A stretch of DNA of 64,000 nucleotides, from positions 64,001 through 128,000 of the forward strand of contig CAVWHO010000015.1 in the NCBI GenBank assembly GCA_963754875.1. Direction: 5' to 3'. This DNA comes from Nitrospirota bacterium (lineage in GTDB: Bacteria > Nitrospirota > UBA9217). The notes beneath the pieces were generated by a model. It made no database searches. It worked only from the letters and a program-made list of their open reading frames with translations, and was not told the DNA's origin. Below, one piece after another: positions 42,383 through 52,932 of this stretch. Position 1 is the first letter of the stretch, and every line of letters begins with the position of its first letter. A program made the translations under genes and the position numbers.

Positions 42383-44162
42383 CGTTTTGTCAAAATACTG
42401 CGATTAATTTTTCTGATTGCTTTTGCTTTTCAAGATGTTCTTAACAATTCTCTTGTCTCCCCCCTGAAAATGAGCTAAAAGTAGTGTTGATAACACCCTC
42501 AAGGGAGAGCTTGCTCATGTCGAACACGTCGCGTGTTGCTCGTTTTATCATCTGGATCTGTTCCAAGTTCACTCGCGTTGAAATTGAACAGATCGCCGCC
42601 GGGTTACAGGATGTTCTCCAAAATCGCAATCCGGAAGTGAAACCGAAAGACGATTTTAAAGAGAAGCATCCAAACTACCGGCAGTTCGCGGTCGATCCAA
42701 AACCGCCGCTCACCGAACCGCTGCTCGAAAAAAAACACAAGAAACGAAAGACTACAACCAACTCTTAGCTCAGTACGAAGCGCTTCACGGAAAGCCTCTT
42801 GCTGCTGTAAAGCGCTGGGGCAAGTCTCATGCACTCCCCAAACTGGTTTTTTGCCCCGTCTGCAATGCCCCGCACGACTATCTCTACTACAACGACGGTA
42901 AGAAAAAATCTCAGATCAGGTGCAAGGTCTGTGGTCACTTGTTTCAAGCCGACCAGAGATTCCGTAAAAACGATAAGTCAAAATACTTTTGCCCCTACTG
43001 CAACCACGCTCTCTTTCGTTGGAAAATGCGGAAAGAGGTTACGCTTTACAAATGCCCCAACGATGACTGCCAGCACCGCGTCCAGGCCATCGCAAAACTT
43101 AATCCGGCTGAGCGTGCATTACAGAAGAAACGAAGCTCGCAGTTCAAGCTCTGCTACCAGTACCGGGAGTATCATTACAAACCCCAAGAGCTTCTTCACT
43201 CTGAGCCCGAAAAGCCGATCGTCGAGCTTACGAAGATCCATAACTCCGAGAACGTCCTCGGCCTGATCCTTGCCTTTTATGTTTCCTTCGCCGTTCCAGC
43301 CAGGAAAACCGCGGCTATTTTGAAGTCCGTCTTCAATATCAAAGTCTCTTATCAGACGGTCCTAAATTATGCGGCAGCCGCAGCGTTTTACTGCCACAGC
43401 TACAATCTCCAGCGTAAAGGCCCGATCGATTCTATTCAGGCTGGCGATGAAACGTATATCAGGGTCCTGGGGAAGCATCAATACGTCTTTTTCTTCATCT
43501 CATCCAAGAGCCTGAAAATCACCGCCTACCATGTTGCCGATAACCGGGGAACGCAACCAGCAATCATCGCCATGAACGAAGCGATCCGTACCGCAGCTCC
43601 CGGTCAGGAGATTATCCTCGTGACCGACGGCAATCCTTCCTACCCAGCCGGCATCCATTTTCTGAATGCTCAGGAAGGCGATGATCCCGATATCCAGCAC
43701 CACAAGGTCATCGGCCTCCAAAACCTCGATGCCGAGTCAACGGAATGGAGGGCGTTTAAACAGCTCATCGAGCGCTTGAATAGGACCTACAAGTATCACG
43801 TGAGGCCTGCGGCCGGTTTCAACAGTAACAACGGCTCCGTGGTCCTGACGACGCTCTTTGTGACCCATTACAACTTTCTCCGCCCTCACATGTCATTGAA
43901 CTACAAGCCACCCGTTCAATTGCCGGAGCTCCAGGCCATTACCACGCTTCAGGGCAAATGGGCGAAGATTCTTTCTCTCGCTGCTTAAACTTTCCGCCTG
44001 CTACATCTCAAAGAACGATCTCGTTAATGGACTTCTGTTGCCTGCTGCGTCCCATGCCGACGGTCGATCCGCCGCTAGATGATCTGGCTCCCCGTCGCTA
44101 ACCTTATCCGTCGATCATTTCATAGGGTCTACTCTCATTTTCATGAAAGTTTTGACACTATC
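42383..44162 (+). mobile_element. Insertion sequence (DDE, IS6-like or unclassified) with target-site duplication
   Basis: Imperfect IRs (cgttttgtcaaaa / ttttgacactatc) flanked by direct repeat CTGCGCCC at 42375-42382 and 44163-44170 (10 bp if extended). Confidence 0.85.
42517..43988 (+). CDS. DDE transposase with zinc ribbons (-1 frameshift at A8, 42728-42735)
   Basis: CPVC/CKVC/CPYC, GDETY, VTDGNPSY, KQLIERLNRTYK, HYNFLRPH. Confidence 0.85.
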
Positions 44163-44180
44163 CTGCGCCCTTCGTTTTCC

Positions 44181-45905
44181 TTAAAACTTTTCGAACTCCG
44201 CGTCCCGCGAATCTCCGTTACCCTTCATTTTATCATGCCCCAGGTTCAACGCCACGCCGCTCTGTTTGACTGTGGCGCCTGCGGCCTGGGTTTTCGGGAG
44301 CAAATGCGCGACCTGCACCTTGTGCAGGGGCGTGGCATGCTTTGTTGCCTGTGGAAGCGCGTGTCGGCCTGCTTCCCTGTCGTCAACCTTAAAAAAGGCA
44401 ATCGTGCTCTGGAGCTGTTCAGCCTGGGACGAGAGCTCCTCGGCAGTAGAGGACATTTCTTCTGCTGCGCCCGCGTTCTGCTGGATCACCTGGTTGAGCT
44501 GCTGGATCGCCGAATTGATCTGGTCCGCGCCCGTGGTCTGCTCCTTCGAGGCCGCGCTGATCTCCTGCACCAGTTCCGCGGTCTTCTGGATGTCCGGCAC
44601 CAGCTTGGCCAGCATCTGGCCCGCTTTTTCCGCCACTTCTACGCTCGATGCGGACAGATGGCTGATCTCTCCAGCCGCAGTCTGACTCCGTTCCGCAAGC
44701 TTCCGCACTTCCGAAGCCACCACGGCAAAACCCTTCCCGTGCTCGCCGGCGCGGGCCGCTTCGATCGCCGCATTCAAAGCCAGCAGGTTCGTCTGGCGGG
44801 CGATCTCTTCAATGATAGAGATCTTCGATGCGATGTCCTTCATGGCGCCTACGGTCTCGGATACTGCCTTGCCGCTCTCCATGGCGTCAGCGGCGGATTT
44901 GAGTGCGATCTTTTCGGTCTGCGACGCATTATCCGCGTTCTGTTTGATTGTGGCGTTCATTTCCTCGACCGAAGATGAAGCTTCTTCTGCCGACGCCGCC
45001 TGCTCCGTGGTCCCCTGGGACATCTGCTCGGCACCCGAGGACAGCTGCTGGGACCCCGAGGCCACATTGTCCGATGCGCCCTTGACGTCCGCCACGACGG
45101 TCTTGAGCCGCTCGACCATGTTCTTCATGGATGTGAGCAGCTGGGCGGTTTCATCCTTGCCCTTTACGTCAATACGAATATTGAGGTCGCCCTCTGCCAT
45201 GCTGTTGGATACGGCCACAGCTTCTTTGAGCGGCACGGTTATGCTTCGTATTAACAGGAAGGAAGTCACCAGACTGAGCACTGTCCCGATCAGGATAAGA
45301 GTTATCGAGCTGAAAAAAACCGTATGGTACTTGTCGGAAGCGGTTTTCGCTATCGCTGCAAACGCCTCTTCCTCTTGTTTCTGCGTCGATTCGGCGATGG
45401 AGGCGGCGAGTTCCGTAGGCTCCCGGTCCATGCCCTTTACCATAGTATCCACGGTATGAACGCCTTTGAGGTCGCCCGAACCATAGTGGCTCAGAGCGTC
45501 GTGGTATTTGGAACCCATCTCCAGATGCTTTTTCAGAAATTCATCGACTTTTGACGAGTCCAGCTTCAACGACGTGAGCAAGCTCCTTAGCTTCTGCCCC
45601 TTGCTCTGAACCGCGGACTCTTCTTTCTTAAAGTTTTCCTGGTATTTTACAAAATCTTCCGGTTTGTAACCTCTTAATAAAGTATCTTTCCATTCCTGGA
45701 CCTGTTTCTTGAAATTGAGCACAACGTCATCGGCATCGATGACTGCCTGTGTGTATATTTTGGCAGTCCCCATGCTTGCAACTAGCTGGCTGTTCGTGCT
45801 CGAAATGCCGTGCAGCAGATATACGCCTATGCCGATAAGCAGGAACGACATGAACCCTACCAGCACATTCAGCTTCACACCTATCTTTTTCCCCTCTAGC
45901 ATCAT
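44181..45905 (-). CDS. Methyl-accepting chemotaxis protein (helical-bundle sensor, pentapeptide EFEKF)
   Basis: Two [24 protein letters not shown] signal domain. Confidence 0.94.
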   Translation of the reverse strand: MMLEGKKIGVKLNVLVGFMSFLLIGIGVYLLHGISSTNSQLVASMGTAKIYTQAVIDADDVVLNFKKQVQEWKDTLLRGYKPEDFVKYQENFKKEESAVQSKGQKLRSLLTSLKLDSSKVDEFLKKHLEMGSKYHDALSHYGSGDLKGVHTVDTMVKGMDREPTELAASIAESTQKQEEEAFAAIAKTASDKYHTVFFSSITLILIGTVLSLVTSFLLIRSITVPLKEAVAVSNSMAEGDLNIRIDVKGKDETAQLLTSMKNMVERLKTVVADVKGASDNVASGSQQLSSGAEQMSQGTTEQAASAEEASSSVEEMNATIKQNADNASQTEKIALKSAADAMESGKAVSETVGAMKDIASKISIIEEIARQTNLLALNAAIEAARAGEHGKGFAVVASEVRKLAERSQTAAGEISHLSASSVEVAEKAGQMLAKLVPDIQKTAELVQEISAASKEQTTGADQINSAIQQLNQVIQQNAGAAEEMSSTAEELSSQAEQLQSTIAFFKVDDREAGRHALPQATKHATPLHKVQVAHLLPKTQAAGATVKQSGVALNLGHDKMKGNGDSRDAEFEKF

Positions 45906-45980
45906 AAGTCCTCCTTGTCATGTTGCGTTTCATGTCGCTTCCGGATTTAATTGGTTGTCAAGCTCACTTTCGCCGCTGTT

Positions 45981-48152
45981 TCAGGACTGGCCGCATCCCT
46001 TGGTAAGAAGCATTTCCTGTTGCTCAACGAGCCGGATAAGCTTGGGAACATCGAGGATCAGCGCCACAGACCCGTTTCCCAGGATCGTTGCTCCGGAGAT
46101 GCCGTCCACGTTGCGGTAGAACGAGCCAAGGGACTTGATCACGGTCTGGTGTTCGCCGACAACGGTGTCCACGACCAATCCGACCCTCCTGTTCTCCACG
46201 CTCGTGATCACGATCTGCTCGAAGTCGGGGCGTTCTCCGCCTGCGAGAAAGTGCTCGCGGAGCCGGATGTAAGGCACCAGCTGCCCGCGTACGTTGGCCA
46301 GACGCCGTCCGTGGGTGCTTTGTGAATCGTTGTGCGTCAATTCTACACATTCCTCGACAAGGGACAGGGGGAAAATAAAATGCTCTTCTCCTATCCGCGT
46401 CAGGAAGCCGTCTATGATCGCAAGGGTAAGCGGGAGCTTGAGCGTAATCGACGTGCCTTTGCCTTTCACACTGCTGACCGCGATAGAGCCGCGAAGCGTA
46501 TCGATGGCCCGCTTGACCACGTCCATTCCGACGCCGCGTCCCGAAACGCCGGTGACGACCTTTGCCGTCGAAAACCCCGGCTCGAGGATCAATTCCCACA
46601 GCTTGCCTTCGGAAAGGTCTGCGTCTTTTTGGACCAGTCCTTTATCAACGGCCTTCATGCGGATGGCCTCGGCATCGAGCCCCGCCCCGTCGTCTTCCAC
46701 GCGGATCAGCACGTGAGCACCCGAATGCACCGCGGACAGGCGGATAGTTCCGCATCTCGCCTTTCCGGCGGCCGCGCGCGTTTCCGGATCCTCTATCCCG
46801 TGATCGATGCTGTTCCTGATGATGTGGACGAGCGGGTCGCTCAAACGCTCGATGACGGTCTTGTCCAGTTCCGTTTCGGCGCCTTCGGTGGTGAGCTCTA
46901 TTTCCTTGCCCAGTTCTGCGGACAGATCGCGCACGAGCCGCTTGAACTTGCTGAACGTCGTCCCAATCGGCAGCATGCGGATGTTCATGGTTGTATCGCG
47001 GAGCGAAGCCGTAAGCCGCTCCACTTCCTCGGCTATCGAGGACAGTTCGACATGCTGGGCCTGAAGCGCGGTCTGGCTGAGGCGGGCCTGGACCGTAACG
47101 AGCTCGCCCACGAGGTTGACGAGGCTGTCCAGCTTGTCCGTCGCCACCCGGATGCTGGTCACGGCATCGGCGCTCTTCCGTTGCTCGCGCATTTCCCGCA
47201 CGTGCTGCTGCTCGACCAAAGCCGACTGCACTTTTTCCGGAGAGACAATGCCGGTCTCGACGAGCATTTCTCCGACTTTCTTCTGCGAATGCAGCACTTT
47301 TTCGAGGTCCTCGGTCACCAGGTCTCCGCGTTCGAGCAGGATTTCCCCGAGCTTCTTATATGCAGCTTCACCGTCGATATGTCCTTCGCGGTCGATGACG
47401 CTGATCTTTACGTAACTGGTGTCTTTCACAAAAATGAAAACGTCCTCGATCACGTTCAATTCACGGTTGGTCGTCAGGATGATATCCCAATAGGTATTGC
47501 AAGCATGCGGATCGATAGTTCCGAGATGGGGAATGGCCTCCGTTTGGGCCACGACCTTGCAAGCGCCCAGGGTACGCAGTTCGTCGATAAGCTTGACGGG
47601 GTCAGTGCCCCGGACAAAGACCTCCGGGTGGGGCCAGAACCGGATCCGGTAGGTGACGGACCGTCCTGCTCCTTTGTTCGTTGAGGCGGCGCCCTCCGGC
47701 GCGGTTGTCGTTTTCGCCGGCGCCTTCGCGTCAGGGACCAGCTCCAGCAGCGCGGTGATGATTTCCCTGGACTTCGCCTCGTCCACGGACCCGTTCTGAT
47801 AGTATTGGTCGAACAGCGCCCTGATCTGGTCGCGCGCCTGAAGCGTCAGGTCGATGATTTGCCTGGTCGCGCTCGCTTTGCCGTTCCTGATTTTGTCGAA
47901 GATCGACTCGAGCTCGTGAGTGAACGCGACGACATCGTGGAACTCGCACGCGCCGCCCAACCCTTTGATCGTGTGCATGGCCCGGAAGGCCCGTCCGATC
48001 TGCTCCGCGTCGTCAGGCGTCTTTTCGAGTTCAAGCAGGGCGCTTTCCAGTTCCGCCAGAAGTTCATAGGCCTCTTCCTTGAACGTCGTGCGGAGTTCCT
48101 TGACGATCTGGTCCGGAGTGTATTCGTCCTGCATGTGCAGCGGTTTATCCAC
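45981..48152 (-). CDS. cheA: Chemotaxis histidine kinase CheA, copy 2
   Basis: FRAMHTIKG, RNSIDHGIE, SGRGVGMDVV, CheW domain. Confidence 0.95.
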   Translation of the reverse strand: MDKPLHMQDEYTPDQIVKELRTTFKEEAYELLAELESALLELEKTPDDAEQIGRAFRAMHTIKGLGGACEFHDVVAFTHELESIFDKIRNGKASATRQIIDLTLQARDQIRALFDQYYQNGSVDEAKSREIITALLELVPDAKAPAKTTTAPEGAASTNKGAGRSVTYRIRFWPHPEVFVRGTDPVKLIDELRTLGACKVVAQTEAIPHLGTIDPHACNTYWDIILTTNRELNVIEDVFIFVKDTSYVKISVIDREGHIDGEAAYKKLGEILLERGDLVTEDLEKVLHSQKKVGEMLVETGIVSPEKVQSALVEQQHVREMREQRKSADAVTSIRVATDKLDSLVNLVGELVTVQARLSQTALQAQHVELSSIAEEVERLTASLRDTTMNIRMLPIGTTFSKFKRLVRDLSAELGKEIELTTEGAETELDKTVIERLSDPLVHIIRNSIDHGIEDPETRAAAGKARCGTIRLSAVHSGAHVLIRVEDDGAGLDAEAIRMKAVDKGLVQKDADLSEGKLWELILEPGFSTAKVVTGVSGRGVGMDVVKRAIDTLRGSIAVSSVKGKGTSITLKLPLTLAIIDGFLTRIGEEHFIFPLSLVEECVELTHNDSQSTHGRRLANVRGQLVPYIRLREHFLAGGERPDFEQIVITSVENRRVGLVVDTVVGEHQTVIKSLGSFYRNVDGISGATILGNGSVALILDVPKLIRLVEQQEMLLTKGCGQS

Positions 48153-48501
48153 TGTGCGCTCCTGAAATATCGACCCAAAGACAGCTCTTGTCCAAATCCA
48201 GTTTGCAGCCCGCGTGGCGGGAGAAGCCGGACGCGTCCACGGCTTCCTTCAGCGCCTGGGGCGCGGTCCCCTCAAGCTCGACATGCTTCTTCTGCTGCGT
48301 GGCGCTCCGATGGAGGGAGCAGAACAGTTGCAGCAGGGACAGGTCTACCTTCTGAACGTGGTCAAAGACGATAGCAATGTCATCAGTCTCTCCCACGGCC
48401 TTGAGGAAAGCCTTCTTCAGCTCTTCGGATTGCGGCAGGGTGAGCTCGCCGTTCAGCACAACTCGCAATTTTTCACCTGTTTTTTCGAGCGTTACTCCCA
48501 T
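48145..48501 (-). CDS. STAS-domain protein
   Basis: VVLNGELTL, KVDLSLLQLF; che-operon context. Confidence 0.75.
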   Translation of the reverse strand: MGVTLEKTGEKLRVVLNGELTLPQSEELKKAFLKAVGETDDIAIVFDHVQKVDLSLLQLFCSLHRSATQQKKHVELEGTAPQALKEAVDASGFSRHAGCKLDLDKSCLWVDISGAHSG

Positions 48502-48641
48502 AAGTCCTCCGCTTCTTGAAAACTAAATCACTTAACGCAATCGGGTATCTTTGAAATGGCATACGAAAGAGATGCGGCAAAAAACAGTTTTAGGTCCTCA
48601 TTTCAGCCCTCACTGTTGTCTAACTGATCACCTCTGACCGT

Positions 48642-50801
48642 TCACACCGAAGCACCTGCGGTCGCATTGCGCAGGGAACCCGTTCGCTGTTCTGCTTCCC
48701 GGATGAGCTTTGGCACATCAAGGATCAATGCCAGCGTGCCGTCGCCGAGGATTGTCGCCCCTGATACGCCGGGCACGTTTTGATAAAACTTTCCCAGGTT
48801 CTTTATCACGGTCTGATGGCCGCCGATGACGTGGTCAACGACGAACCCGACCCTGCGGTCGTTGACCCGGGTGATCACGATCTGTTCGATCTTCGGCTGG
48901 TCGCTCTCGATCAGGAACTGCTCGCGGAGCCGCAGGTAGGGAACGATCCGGCCCCGTACATTGGCGATATTCCTGTTGTTGGCGACGTTCCGCTCGATAC
49001 TGCTCAGTTCAACGCACTCCTCGACCAGGGAAAGAGGAAAGACGAAGTGTTCGCCGCCGATCCGCGTGAGGAACCCGTCGATGATCGCCAGGGTCAGCGG
49101 CAGCTTGAGGGTCATCGTCGTGCCGGCGCCCTTGGTGCTGCTGATATCGATCGACCCCCGGAGGGCATCGATGGTCTTCCGAACAACGTCCATTCCCACG
49201 CCGCGGCCGGACACGCTGGTGATTTTTTTCGCCGTTGAAAAGCCCGGTGCGAAGAGCAGCGCAAAAAGCTCCTGCTCCGACAGGTCTGCATCGGCCGCGA
49301 TGAGCCCTTTTTCCACGCCCTTGGCGCGGATGACTTGCGGATCGAGGCCGGCCCCGTCATCGGCGATCCGGATCAGGACGTTCGCGCCGGAATGGACGGC
49401 GGAAAGACGGATGGTCCCCTGCCTCGGCTTGCCCGCTGCCTCGCGGTCCCTGGGCGGCTCGATGCCGTGGTCGATGCTGTTCCTGATGAGATGCACGAGG
49501 GGGTCGCCGAGCCGTTCAATGACGGTCTTGTCCAACTCGGCCTCTGCTCCCTCGGTCGTCAGCTCGATCTCTTTGCCGAGTTCGGCCGAAAGGTCCCGCA
49601 CGAGGCGCTTGAAGCGGCTGAAGGTGGTCCCGATCGGCAGCATGCGGATGCTCATGGTGTTGTCGCGGAGCCCCGCGGTCAGGCGTTCGACTTCTTCGGC
49701 AATAGACCGGAAGTCCGTTTGCCCGTTCTGTTTGTTTGCCGCCGCCTGGCTGAACCGCGCCTGCACCGTGACGAGTTCTCCCACGAGATCGACGAGCCGG
49801 TCCAGTTTTTCCGCGGGCACCCTGACGCTGAGGGTGGACTCCTCTTTCTGGCGTTTTTCCCGCACGTCTTTGATATGCTCCTGTTCCGCAAGCGCAGAGA
49901 CCACTTTTTCAGGCTCGATCGCGCCCATCCCGACAAGGATCTGGCCGAACCTTTTTTGCGAGGAAAGCGCCTCTTTGACCGCTTCAGGGGTCACATCGCC
50001 GCGTTCGAGCAGGATATCTCCGAGCTTTTTATTATACGTTTGATAATCCGTCTGACCGGCCGCATCGATGACGTCGGCGACCTCGATCTTCAAATCGCAG
50101 CCATCGGCGACGAAGATGAACACGTCTTTGACGGAGTTCAGCCCGCGGTCGGTGGTCAGGATGATGTTCCACTCCGTATAGCAGGATTCAGCGTCGATTT
50201 CGTTCAGGTAGGGAATCGGATCGGTCAGGGCCACGATGGTACACTGCCCGAGACTGCGGAGTTCCTCCAGCAAGAGCACGGGGTTGCCGCCGGTCTTGAA
50301 CATGTTTTTATGCGGACGGAAAGTGATGCGGTAGGTGGCGATCACATCGCTTGCGGCCGTTTGAGGCCGGGAAGCGGCAATTTCCTTGTCGGACGCCGGG
50401 GATTTGGGTAGTCCTTGCCCGGGGGTGAGGCCCTTCAGGTCTGCGATAATGGATGCGTTCTTCTGCTCCACATCAGGGCCGGTGCCGTCGGGCGAATCGA
50501 GCATCGACTTGATCTGGTCCCGGGCGGACAGGGTCAGGTTGATGAGGTCTTTGGAGACCTTCATCTTGTCGTTTCGTACCAGGTCGAAGACGGTCTCGAT
50601 CTCATGGGTAAACTTCGAGACTTTGTCGAACCCGAACATGGCGCCTGAACCCTTGATGGTATGCATGGCGCGGAAGACCCGGCCGATCAGGTCCTTGTTG
50701 CCAGGAGTCTCTTCCAGTTCGAGCAGGGCCGTTTCGAGCTCGGCCAGCAGTTCACCCGCCTCTTCCAGGAAGACCTGACTGTGCTTATCTTTCGCTCCCA
50801 C
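48642..50801 (-). CDS. cheA: Chemotaxis histidine kinase CheA, copy 1
   Basis: FRAMHTIKGSG, RNSIDHGIE, SGRGVGMDVV. Confidence 0.95.
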   Translation of the reverse strand: MGAKDKHSQVFLEEAGELLAELETALLELEETPGNKDLIGRVFRAMHTIKGSGAMFGFDKVSKFTHEIETVFDLVRNDKMKVSKDLINLTLSARDQIKSMLDSPDGTGPDVEQKNASIIADLKGLTPGQGLPKSPASDKEIAASRPQTAASDVIATYRITFRPHKNMFKTGGNPVLLLEELRSLGQCTIVALTDPIPYLNEIDAESCYTEWNIILTTDRGLNSVKDVFIFVADGCDLKIEVADVIDAAGQTDYQTYNKKLGDILLERGDVTPEAVKEALSSQKRFGQILVGMGAIEPEKVVSALAEQEHIKDVREKRQKEESTLSVRVPAEKLDRLVDLVGELVTVQARFSQAAANKQNGQTDFRSIAEEVERLTAGLRDNTMSIRMLPIGTTFSRFKRLVRDLSAELGKEIELTTEGAEAELDKTVIERLGDPLVHLIRNSIDHGIEPPRDREAAGKPRQGTIRLSAVHSGANVLIRIADDGAGLDPQVIRAKGVEKGLIAADADLSEQELFALLFAPGFSTAKKITSVSGRGVGMDVVRKTIDALRGSIDISSTKGAGTTMTLKLPLTLAIIDGFLTRIGGEHFVFPLSLVEECVELSSIERNVANNRNIANVRGRIVPYLRLREQFLIESDQPKIEQIVITRVNDRRVGFVVDHVIGGHQTVIKNLGKFYQNVPGVSGATILGDGTLALILDVPKLIREAEQRTGSLRNATAGASV

Positions 50802-50941
50802 GCGCTCTCCCGCTGGCTGTTGCTAAACTTTTTAAAAAAATTTCCCGCGGCGGGAAACTCAGGGAAAAGTTGTTTTCCATCGTTTTCCCTCCGCGCTCTT
50901 TGCGTCCTCTGCGGTAATAACGAATTTTTATCTCTTACTGT

Positions 50942-51307
50942 TCACTTAACGAACTTTTTTACCACATCCAGCAATTGCTCAGGCGAAAAGGGCTTCACGA
51001 TCCACCCGCTCGCCCCTGCCTGTTTGCCTTCCTGCTTTTTGCTTTCTTGTGATTCCGTCGTCAGCATGACGATCGGCGCGAATTTGTAGTCGGGCATGCT
51101 CCTGAGCTTTTTGATGAGCTCGATGCCGTCCATTTCCGGCATGTTGAGGTCGGTAATGACCATGTCGACCTTGGCTCCACCCAGTTTCCCAAGGGCGTCC
51201 TTGCCGTTTTCCGCAACGAGAACGTCATGCCCCGCGTCCTTGATCGTAAAGGATACCAGCTGTCTCATGGATGCGGAATCGTCTACTACGAGAAAAGTCT
51301 TTGGCAT
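50942..51307 (-). CDS. cheY: Chemotaxis response regulator
   Basis: VVDDS, TDLNMP, LTTES, GWIVKPF. Confidence 0.92.
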   Translation of the reverse strand: MPKTFLVVDDSASMRQLVSFTIKDAGHDVLVAENGKDALGKLGGAKVDMVITDLNMPEMDGIELIKKLRSMPDYKFAPIVMLTTESQESKKQEGKQAGASGWIVKPFSPEQLLDVVKKFVK

Positions 51308-51326
51308 GCGGTCTCTCCCGAATGTG

Positions 51327-52493
51327 CTATTTGCCCTGTGCGGCGAAAAGCGTATTTTTCATGACGGTCCGTTCTGATTCCATGGTGTACATTTTTTCGA
51401 GCCATTCGGTGCGGCGCTCGATCGTCTGCGCGTGCATCCGCTCGTTCACGGCCTGGAGGCGCTGCCGCAACTCTTCCGACTCCTGCTTGAACTTCAGGAG
51501 CGGATCAATGACGTGCTCGATGCGCTGCCTCGTGATGTCCTGGAACTGCATGGACATGATGATGCCGCTGATGTCCCTGGCAAGCGCCTCATTTTCCGTC
51601 TTCAATTCATCGAACCGGTCCTTCGCGCCGGCCATGACGCCATCGAGTGTCGTCAATGCATCCTCTACGGTTTTTCCGGCGTCGCTTGATTTTTTCGCAT
51701 TTTCGCTCACGCTTTTATCCGCCTTTTGATGGATCGTATCCATGTCCGTTCCTATTTTGTCGATCAGCTTTTTGATCTTGTCCGCGGCCGTGTTCGACCG
51801 GTCGGACAGCTTGCGGACTTCGTCGGCCACGACACTGAACCCCTTGCCGGACTCTCCGGCCCGGGCGGCCTCGATGGCGGCGTTCAACGCCAGGAGGTTT
51901 GTCTGCTGCGCGATATATTCGATCTCTTCGACGATCTTCTTGATGCTCTTCGCGTCGTTCGTGATGACTGCCATATCTTTCTGGGTCTCGATCCCGGCGC
52001 CGGCGAACGTGTCCAGGCTCGCCATGATTTCCGCGAAGGTCTTCCGGCTCACCTGGATGAGCGATGCTTCTTCTCCGGTGGCGCCGAAGCCCGTCAGCGC
52101 ATTGGCCGCATTTTCGGCCTGCTTCCGTGCGCGGCCCACGATGCGCATGAATTTATCGCCCATTTCGAGCGTGGCCTGTTCAGTCTGCTGGGTGACTTCC
52201 TTCAACTGCGTAGTCAGTACCGGCGTGATCTGGATGTTGGCATCCAGATGGGCGGTCAATGGGCCGATCACGGCATGTAACGCATCGACCTGTTGTTCCC
52301 GTTCCGCGGCCCAGGTGCATTCCATTGATGCCCGATAGGCTTTCAGAGCCGCGAGCGCCGCATACAGGGCGACTCCATAACAGAGCGCTGCCGCGGTAAT
52401 ACGGATCGCCGCCTGACCGATGAAAGACGGCACAGCAGCAAGCAACAGTGCGCCGGCTGTTTTTGTTTTTTCATTCCATTTCCATGCGTGCAT
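51327..52493 (-). CDS. Short MCP-like protein heading the che operon
   Basis: [38 protein letters not shown]. Confidence 0.85.
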   Translation of the reverse strand: MHAWKWNEKTKTAGALLLAAVPSFIGQAAIRITAAALCYGVALYAALAALKAYRASMECTWAAEREQQVDALHAVIGPLTAHLDANIQITPVLTTQLKEVTQQTEQATLEMGDKFMRIVGRARKQAENAANALTGFGATGEEASLIQVSRKTFAEIMASLDTFAGAGIETQKDMAVITNDAKSIKKIVEEIEYIAQQTNLLALNAAIEAARAGESGKGFSVVADEVRKLSDRSNTAADKIKKLIDKIGTDMDTIHQKADKSVSENAKKSSDAGKTVEDALTTLDGVMAGAKDRFDELKTENEALARDISGIIMSMQFQDITRQRIEHVIDPLLKFKQESEELRQRLQAVNERMHAQTIERRTEWLEKMYTMESERTVMKNTLFAAQGK

Positions 52494-52544
52494 GGCGATT
52501 CCGCCTGACGGGGGTTAAAAACTTTTTTATGAATTACGCTTTAC

Positions 52545-52571
52545 TTATCGGCACGCAGGACAAGATCTTTA
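52545..52571 (-). promoter_or_regulatory. sigma28 promoter of the chemotaxis operon
   Basis: TAAA-N15-GCCGATAA, exact consensus. Confidence 0.9.
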
Positions 52572-52932
52572 CTCCTGATTTTGCAACGTTGTGCAGTCAC
52601 AGCACCTGTGGGTACGGAAAATTTTCCGGCTGACTAAACCGTTTGTTACAAGTTGCATGTACATCTACAGTCAATCCGCCCTATCGACTTGTGGACATAC
52701 CTGTAACTCCTAACGTTGTGAAAAGAATGCAAGAGTAGTGCCTCAAATTATTCCGACAAAAATCAACGGTCTGTCTGGTCTGAGATGTCGAAATTAAGAC
52801 AGTCGTCAAGATGGCATGCGGCCGGATTTTAGCTTAACGCATTAAGTAATAATCGTATATGCAGGGTCGTTTTTCAGGCAGGGGAGATTTGACTACCCCA
52901 TGAGTGTGAGAATATCGGCAGGCAATTTATTA

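Noticed and set aside
42360..42395. Outward-facing TTGACA in the IS left end that could form a hybrid promoter for the MCP
   Set aside because: The position 17 nt downstream is the RBS (AGGAGG), not a -10.
46332..50411. Long plus-strand ORFs (450, 360 and 358 aa), and similar ones elsewhere
   Set aside because: Antisense or alternative frames of cheA and other GC-rich genes, with no domain motifs.
52640..52715. TGTTACA and TGTAAC Pho-like half-sites upstream of the che operon
   Set aside because: Isolated half-sites with no 11-bp-spaced partner.
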